NCBI RefSeq assembly: GCF_009914755.1
Contig: NC_060928.1
Reading direction: 5' to 3' (one strand)
DNA length: 64,000 nt
DNA from: the human T2T-CHM13v2.0 reference genome, Homo sapiens
The notes beneath the pieces were generated by a model. That model ran no database searches. It saw nothing but the letters and a program-made list of their open reading frames with translations, and was not told the DNA's origin. Every line of letters starts with the position of its first letter. The first letter of the stretch is position 1. Positions 55,195-64,000 of the stretch are shown here, piece after piece. The translations under genes and the position numbers were made by a program.

Positions 55195-55830
55195 AGAGTT
55201 AACAATTATTTACCAAGCTCTTACTATACTGCAGTCATGGTGCTAGATGCCGATGATTTAAAAGTGAGAAATGCAGTCCTTGCTTTCAAGAGGCTTATGT
55301 TCTATCAGGGAAGACAGACTGAACAGGCAACTACAAAACAGAATTGTTAAGAGATGTGATAAGGAAAATAAAGAGAACTATGAGCTTCTGAATAATTAGG
55401 GAAAAAAAAAAACCAGAGTAAATGAGGGTTAAGCTGAGACCTGAAGAACAGAAAGGGATGACTATTCTAGACAGCCAGAATTATATGTGAAAGTCCTGGA
55501 TGAAAGGAATGGCACAGCCTATCCAGGGAACTTATAGAAAATCAGTCTGGATAAACCACAGTAATCTATGGAGAGTTAATCAGAGGTAAGATTATGAAGG
55601 GCTCAAATAGTTCCCAAGGCTTAAAAACAGGGGACAGAAAAGGGGAGATTATATTTTTAAAATTCCACTAGCTGCAGGTTAGAGAGTGTGTTGCAGGATG
55701 GCAGAAGTGATAGTGGAAGTTTATTCCAATCATCCGGGCAGAAGCTAATGGTGGTATCACAGGAACTCTATCTTCTCCACCATCCTTTAAGAAAGTGCTT
55801 TGTGATGATGGAGCAAGAAAAAAAGCCATT
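55195..55830 (-). mobile_element. L2 fragment
   Basis: 'gtccttgctttcaagaggcttatgttcta...aagctgagacctgaagaa'. Confidence 0.65.
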
Positions 55831-56859
55831 ATGCACTGAAGGGCCTCTAACACCCTGCATTCTTCCCTGGGAAATGATGAGAAAGCAATGGCATGAGAGC
55901 CATAACTTAATGGCAAGAAAGAGCTTCTATATCTGGCTTTATCTGTATGCCAGTTTAAATGTGATGTAACTCTTTATAAGACAAGGCATGAGGTGCTTAG
56001 GCTCAGAAATGATGAGAGATTGGGAATTAGGCCTGAGCCAGATAGAAATAAGAGTATGTTACTTTTATTGTTGTTGTTTCATGATCTATTCTGTATCTTC
56101 CACAGGCAAGAAAAACCTGCTCTTGATAGTCTGCTGAATAGTGACTGAGATGACTGGCAGTAAAATAGGAGACTTTTCAAGTGGATGAAAGTTAAATTCA
56201 ATAGGTAGGAAATATAATTTGAAAAAGGAGCTTCTATTCATGTACTTTCTGGCTGTGAAACAGATTTTAAAATGAGGCTTCTCTGGTTCTACATCACTGC
56301 CTAGCATGGGCACCCAGGCCGAGTCCAGATTGTCCCCAGTTGTTGCTGTCATTTTGCTTTCTTAGAATCTGGCTCCAAGGCTTCCTTCCCTTTAAAAAAA
56401 AAAAAAAAAAAAGTCACGTGAACCAGAAAGTAGAATTTGAGTGGCTGGAAATATTTTCTACCATACATTTCTTTCAAAATAAAAACAACTACTGTAGGGA
56501 AGAGCTCCCCTAAAGCTCCCCGCTGCGTTCCTTATTTCAGTGCCTCCCAGTGGAGCTTCCGTTTGGTTCCATAACTGGAGGAAAATAATTCAAGTGTAAA
56601 CCAAGCCCCCTGGTGCTCTAATACAACCCATCCTTTGCTGTAAATATTGTGCTTATTTCATTAAAATGAGAGGTTCTCTTGTCCTGTATTATGAAATATG
56701 AAAATGTATATTTGCAGGCACAGGCTTCCCGTAAGCCCCCAGTCACTCATTTAGATGTTACAAACATGGCATGAAATCTTAATTCAGTGATATTTACTCC
56801 AGATGAATAGCAATATAGGCATTATAGTACACAATCCATAAGGAAGGCCCATGACAAGT

Positions 56860-57592
56860 TCTGCTTGACTTGACTTCCTAGACATCTCTCCATCCCATCC
56901 ACCGTTATCTATCCTAATGGCCAGTGCCAAAGTTCAAGTCATTACTATTTCTTCCCTGGTGACTGTAACTGACTGATCCCAGATGACTTTGCCTACAGTT
57001 TTGCCCCATCCGGTCTGTCCTCCACACTGTGGCCAGAGTGATACTTCTGGAATGCAAAATGAATAAATCATGTCACTCATCTATTTAACACTTATCAAAG
57101 GCTTCTCGGTGCCATTAAGTTAAAGCCCAAGCCCTTCAGAATGCCCTTTGCAGCTGGGCATTCTGCCTTTTTTTTTCCCTTAATCTCTCATCCTTTTGTC
57201 TTTCCCACTTGATGTTCCAGTTAGGAAATGTGTACCTTTCTAGTTCTTGAACATAGTTTTACCCCTGCTCAGCGAGCTCTTAGTGACCATTTGTTTTTCA
57301 CTTTAGATATTTTTCTTAAAGTCTGTTCTGCCTCTTGATAAACAACATTAAGTGCCCTTTCAATGAAGTCACATTGTATCTTGCATATTATTGTTGTACC
57401 TCACACTTGATCACAAATGATGATTTATTAACTGATTTTTTTCTGCTGAACTGTGAACTTCCAAAGAAGAAAGTTTGTCAGTGTTGTTCACCATTGTATT
57501 CCCAGCACCTAGCATAAAAATGTGCATATCAATGTGTTAAATTAGTTAATTAAATCAGTGAATGGATGGATGGATGCATGGATGGATGGATG
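56860..57592 (+). mobile_element. L2 3' fragment ending in (TGGA)n
   Basis: 'ctccacactgtggccagagtgat...gttcaccattgtattcccagcacctagca...gaatggatggatgg'. Confidence 0.75.
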
Positions 57593-57612
57593 ACAGTGAG
57601 TCAGAAAAAGAG

Positions 57613-57973
57613 TGTATTAGTCTATTTTCATACTGCTATAAAGAAATGGCTGAGACTGGGTAATTTATATAGAAAAGAGGTTTAATGGACTCACAGTTCC
57701 ACATTGCTGAGGATGTTTTACAATCATGGTGGAGGATGAAGGAGGAGCAAACGCACGTTTTACATGGCAGCAGGCAAGAGAGCATGTTCAGGGGAACTGC
57801 CCTTTAAAAACCATCAGATGTCATGAGACTTATTCACTACCATGAGAACAGCACGGGGAAACGCATTCCCATGATTCAATGACCTCCCACAGGGTCCCTC
57901 CCATGACACTTGGGGATTATGGGAGCTAAAATTTGAGATGAGATTTGGATGAGGACACAGCCATACCATATTA
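57613..57973 (-). mobile_element. THE1B/C 3' LTR
   Basis: 'tgtattagtctattttcatactgct...gagactgggtaattt...ggacacagccataccatatta'; PPT 'ttctgcccctggcccctccc' is adjacent. Confidence 0.93.
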
Positions 57974-58495
57974 TTCTGCCCCTGGCCCCTCCCAAATCTC
58001 ATGTCCTCACATTTCAAAACATAATCATGCCTTTCCAATGGTCCCCCAAAGTCTTAACTCATTTCAGCATTAACTCAAAAGTCCACAGTTCAAAGTCTCA
58101 TCTGAGATAAGGCAAGTCACTTCTGCCTATGAGCCTATAAAATCAAAAGTAAGTTAGTTACTTCTTAGATACAATGGGGGTACAGTCATTTGGTAAATAC
58201 AACTCTTCCAAACAGGAGAATTTGACCAAAATGAAGGGGCTACACACTCCATGAAAGTCCCAAATCCAGCAGGGCAATCAAATCTTAAAGCACCAAAATT
58301 ATCTCCTTTGACTCCATGTCTCACATCCAGGTCATGCTGATGCAAGAGGTGGGTTCCCACAGCCTTGGGCAGCTCCTCCCCTGTGGCACAGCCCCCATCC
58401 TGGTTGCCTTCAAGGGCTGGTGTTGAGTGTCTGTGACTTTTCCAGGTACACGGTGCAAGCTATCAGTGGATCTACCATTCTGGGGTCTGGAGGAC
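57974..58495 (-). mobile_element. THE1 internal sequence, 3' part only
   Basis: 'aaagtcttaactcatttcagcattaactcaaaagtccacag...gtggatctaccattctggggtctggaggac'. Confidence 0.9.
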
Positions 58496-60461
58496 TGTGT
58501 CAAAGGGAAATCTTCCCACTGGGCAGAACTTTGAGCAGTGTAACTGGTTGTGCACTTTTCATGGAAGGAGAAATGGCCAGATGTGCAATTATATACTAAT
58601 TCATGAGCTGTAGCCAATGGTTTGGCTGGGTGGTCAGGGACTTGGAAGAAGCATAGTTGGATAACTGGTGACAAAGAAATTTGGGGAAGAGGTATGTGAA
58701 TTGACCTCTCTGAGTGGTCAAAAACTGGGAAGACATTTGTATCCCATGTGAATATTCACCAATGGGTGACCTTAGTAGAGGAGGATTTTAATAATCAAGT
58801 GGATAGGATGACTTGTTCTGTGGACACCACTCAGCCTCTTTCCCCAGCCACCCCTATCATTCCAAATAGGCCCATGAACAAAGTGACCATGGTAGCAGGA
58901 ATGGAGGTTATGCATGTGGTCAGCAACATGGACTTTTACTCACCAAGGCTGACCTGGCTACAGCCACTGCTGAGTGCCCAATTTGCCAGCAGCAGAGACC
59001 AACACTGAGCCCTCGATATGGCACCATTCCTTGCGGTGATCAGACAGCTACTTGGGGGCAGGTTGATTATATTGGACCTCTTCCATCATGGAAAGGACAG
59101 TGGTTTATCCTCACTGGAATAGACACTTACTGTGAATATGGGTTTGCCTATCCTGCATGCAATGCTTCTGCCAAGACTACCATCCATGGACTCAAAGAAT
59201 GCCTTATCTACCATCATGGAATTCCACACAGCATTGCCTCTGACCAAGGCACTCAGGTTATAGCTAAAGTAGTGTGGCAGTAGGCTCATTCTCATGAAAT
59301 TCACTAGTTTTACCATGTTCCCCATCATCCTGAAGCAGCTGGATTGATGGAACTGTGGAATGGCCCATTGAAGTCACAATTACAACATCAACTAGGTGAC
59401 AATACTTTGCAGGGCTGGGGCAAAGTTCTCCAGAAGGCTGTGTATTCTCTGAATCAGCATCCAATATATGGTACCGTTTGTCCCATAACCTGGATTCATG
59501 GGTCCAGAATCATGGGGTGGAAGTGGAAGTGGCACCACTCACCATCACCCCTATGACCCATTAGCAAAAATTTTGCTTCCTCTTCCTGCGACATTAGGTT
59601 CTGCAGGCCTAGAGGTCTTAGTTCTAGAAAGAGGAATGCTGCCGCCAGGAGACACAACAATGATTCCATTAAACTGGAAGTTAAGATTGCCACTGGCCAC
59701 TTTGGGCTCCTCCTACCTCTAAGTCAATGGCCAAGAAGGGAGTTACAGTGCTGGTTGGGGTGATTGACCCAGATTATCAAGATAAAAGCAGTCTACTACT
59801 CCACAATGGAGGTAAGGAAGAGTATGTGTAGAATACAGGAGATCCCCTAGGGTGTCTCTTAGTATTACCATGCCCTGTAATTAAGATCAATGAAAACCTA
59901 CAACAACCCAATCCAGGCAGGATTACAAATGGCCCAGACTCTTTGGGAATAAAGGTTTGGGTCACTCCACCAGGTAAAAAACCACGACCTGCTGAGGTGT
60001 TTGCTGAAGGCAAAGGAAATGGGTAGAAGAAGGGTAGTAGAAGAAGGTAATCATCAATACCAGCTATGACTACAGAATGGGTAGTAGAAGGTAGTCATCA
60101 ATACCAGCTATGACCACATGACCAGTTGCAGAAACGAGGAATGTAATTGTCATGAGTATTTCCTCTTTATTTTGTTAAGAACTTATTCGTGCACGTATAC
60201 AATTATATTAAGAAAAGTCTTCATTTTATTTCCTTTCTTTTGCCTTTATCATGTGACATAAGATTTATTGACTTCATATCAACGTTTAAGTGTTGTTAAC
60301 TTTATGTAATAGCACTTAGGTTAAGGATTAGTGCACTTCCAGTTGTACAAAGGAAAGCTGTATAATGTTAGGCATAATTATGACCTTATTATTGTTTTTA
60401 TTTGAAGATTATGTATTATTTCAGGAAGTGTGTATGGGTTGAAGTTGACAAGGGGTGGATT
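58496..60461 (+). pseudogene. pol: HERV-L internal remnant: RNase H, integrase and dUTPase-like region (disrupted)
   Basis: Reads GKSSHWAEL..., QVDYIGPLPSWKG...GIPHSIASDQGT, ELWNGPLKSQLQ and GSAGLEVLV...PPGDTTMIPLNWKLRLP, with in-frame stops; PPT aaggggtgga precedes the LTR. Confidence 0.93.
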
Positions 60462-61008
60462 TGTGATGGCTAATATTGAGCGTCAACTTGATTAGACTGA
60501 AGGACACAAAGTATTGTACTTGGGTGTGTCTGAGATGGTGTTGCCAAAGGAGATTAACATTTGATTCAGTGGACTTGGAGAGGCAGACCCACCCTTAATC
60601 TGGGTGGGCACCATCTAATCAGCTGCCAGTGTGGCTAGAATAAAGCAGGCAGAAGAAAGTGGAAGGACTTGACTTGCGGAGTTTTCCAGGCTTCATCTTT
60701 TCTCCTTTGCTGGATGCTTCCTGCCCTCGAACATCAGACTCCAAGTTCTTCAGCTTTTGGAGTCTTGGACTTACTGGTGGTTAACAAGGGGTTATCAGGC
60801 CTTCAGCCACAGATTGAAGGCTGCACTGTCAGCTTGTCTACTTTTGAGGTTTTGGGACTCAGACTGGTTCCTTGCTCCTCCGCTTGCAGACAGCCTATTG
60901 TGGGACTTCACCTTGTGATCATGTGAGTCAGTACTCCTTAATACACTCCCCTTTCTATATGCATCTATCCTGTTAGTTCTGTCCCTCTAGAGAACCCTGA
61001 CTAATATG
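60462..61008 (+). mobile_element. MLT2A-type 3' LTR of the HERV-L
   Basis: 'tgtgatggctaatattgagcgtcaacttgatt...gttctgtccctctagagaaccctgactaata'. Confidence 0.92.
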
Positions 61009-61753
61009 GGGTTAATAAACTGTACAGTTTGTACAAAGAATGTAAAGGAAGAGGATGGAAACTTGTATCCTCTCTATGAAGTGAGGATGATTAAAACAAA
61101 AAAAAAACCCTCATATTATTATGAAAGTTAAATGAGATACTTATTATATGTAGTGCACTAAAAACTGTGTCTGGCATATTGTAAGCACTCCCTCCAACAA
61201 TCTCAGCTATTGTTAATAATCATAATGTCATATTCTCAAAAATATGACAATAAATGGATAAAAATTAAAAATTAAAAAACAGTGTGCTAGTAAAATCCGG
61301 AAAAGTTCTTGCTGATATCTCTGTCTTGGCCTTAATGATAAAAAGGCTTTGAGACTTTCTGACAGTGCCCAGCATCTGTGGTCCTAACTAACTCATTGGC
61401 ATTCAGCAGGTAGTAATAGAGTACAATGGAGCACTTTCTGCCCTAGGATCAAAGTTCAAGCCTTATTACTAGAGTTGTTTCTGCCAACTTTCTAACCTCT
61501 TCAACTCTGGACCCTGCCTGTGTTCTGAGGCCCGTGGCACCTTTTTGCTCCCCCCTTGCTTTTGCTGACCTTCTAGTCGTTGGTCCCTTGCCCGCCTACA
61601 CTGGTGGTACTTGATTAAATGGGCTTCTGCTTCTCACCTTTCCTTGTCTGGCTTGTATAGAAGATGGGTCAATGGCTTAAGGGCCTGCCCCTGGTCAGAG
61701 CACTGTGCCAAGACACACAGGAGAGGAATGCCACAGTGATTAGTCCACATTAG

Positions 61754-62122
<369 letters not shown>

Positions 62123-63067
62123 TAACCAATCTATTTTTTAACCTTCTCTTTATTTTTTATAACTTTCTTATAAGTAAGTGGCATTTACAACTTGATGTTG
62201 TCCTTTTTAAGGCTTTGATTAGCATTTTCCTAATGTGACATTTTCTCGGAAAATGTTTGCCTTTGTCCCAGGATCCCCCATACTAAGGAACATACTTCTC
62301 TGCTGCCCTGAGTATAAGCCAGAGTTGATATATGAAATATTTCATATTTATTAATACCTGGTAAGGTGGAGGCAATGAAGAATCAAATGAATGTTGGCAA
62401 CAAGGCTGGAGATGGATCCTTGAAGGCCCCTAAACTTTGACAAGCATTAAACCTTTAGTAGTGAGATCTTAGGGTACAGATTGCTAGTTTGGGTAAGCAG
62501 CTACCTACCATGAAGTGTAAAAACATTCCAATATTTAACATCTGCTCCTTAACAAAGAATTTCTCCAATAATGTCTTCCAATACAAGCCTATATTTTTCA
62601 TATCTCCACAAGGTGTTGTCCATTAGACTAATCCCTAAACTTAGGCACTAGGATACAGCACGTCTCACAATTAGAGACTATGCCTACACATGTACTGGCT
62701 CTTAATTATCCCATGTGGAAATTATCAGAAGCAAAATGACTCCCAGAATTACTATATTTTTGAGGGGATGATGTTGCTCAAGAAACCCAGACTTTGACTG
62801 TTAACCCCCTAAGCCCTTGAACCTATGTGAATAAGAAATAAACTAGGAAAGTTGTACGTTCCTCAGAAGAGCATCTTCTCCAAGCTTACTTCAGGTGTGG
62901 CCATCTGCATAATTAGCATATTTATCTCCCTAATCCTCCCAGATTCTAGGGATCCTCCTAGAAAAGACAGGGATGGGCAGATTGTCTAATAAAGGAATTT
63001 ACTCCACTGCCAGGGCTAAGTCTTTGCTGTTTAATGTGTGTGTTATAGGCCAGTAATTTGTAAGTAA

Positions 63068-63493
<426 letters not shown>

Positions 63494-63714
63494 TAACTTG
63501 TTTTTTAGCTATTAGTCACTAGACCAGAACATCCACATCTGGATCTGATAGTGAGCAATACTGCACTTAAAGCTAGATCCTAAAATAAATACTATTATGT
63601 GTGGTTATTTTCCATGGAATAAAGATGAATAGCCTCTGTTAAAACATATCTATAGGAAGAAGGATATGTATGGATAGCCACTAGGCTAAGAGGTACACCG
63701 TAACAGAGACTATT

Positions 63715-64000
63715 GGTAATACCCTTCCTCCTTGTCTCATCCACCACAGAGGGCAGTAAAGGTAAATATATATTTTCCCAGCTGCTTCTGCAACCGGTGT
63801 TAGCCATATGACATGCTTCTAAATAAGAACATATAAAGGTCAGAGGTCATATGTGAAAGTTTTACTTTACTGACAAAAGGGGATGCCACTGGTTCTTTAC
63901 CTTACCCCATTTTTCATTACATAAAAGTGGACATGAAACTTGGTGATGTGGCATCCCTCTGATAACCATGAGAAAAACCCCAAGAGAGTTGAAGAGTTGC
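63715..64000 (+). mobile_element. Probable old MLT1 (K/L-like) LTR fragment running off the window
   Basis: 'gccatatgacatgcttct...gtggacatgaaacttggtgatgtggcatccctctgataaccatgag' resembles old MLT1 motifs. Confidence 0.45.

Overview
Human non-coding genomic DNA; the species call rests on a near-consensus AluYb8 at 17795-18107. The window is AT-rich, CpG-poor and dominated by interspersed repeats. I found no recognisable cellular protein-coding exon, RNA gene or CRISPR array, and the ORF track is almost all Alu/LTR/microsatellite noise plus retroviral gag/pro/pol remnants. The main element is a ~5.0 kb two-LTR HERV-H provirus (LTR7, minus strand, 20614-25611). It integrated into the middle of an AluY and split it, and both the proviral 5-bp TSD and the Alu 14-bp TSD are still readable. 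Its 5' LTR keeps the TATA box, a recognisable His-tRNA PBS and a perfect major splice donor, but one of its two ACAAAAGA SOX-type motifs is mutated. Other notable structures: a back-to-back THE1/HERV-L fusion (57613-61008) joined at an apparent microhomology; a templated inverted insertion forming a long hairpin inside an L2 (54717-54863); an L1PA 3' end with a probable micro 3' transduction; nested insertions with intact TSDs; and a few TF-motif clusters in repeat-free DNA. Repeat subfamily names come from remembered consensus sequences and need RepeatMasker/Dfam confirmation. MIR and L2 boundaries are approximate. I could not identify the chromosomal locus.
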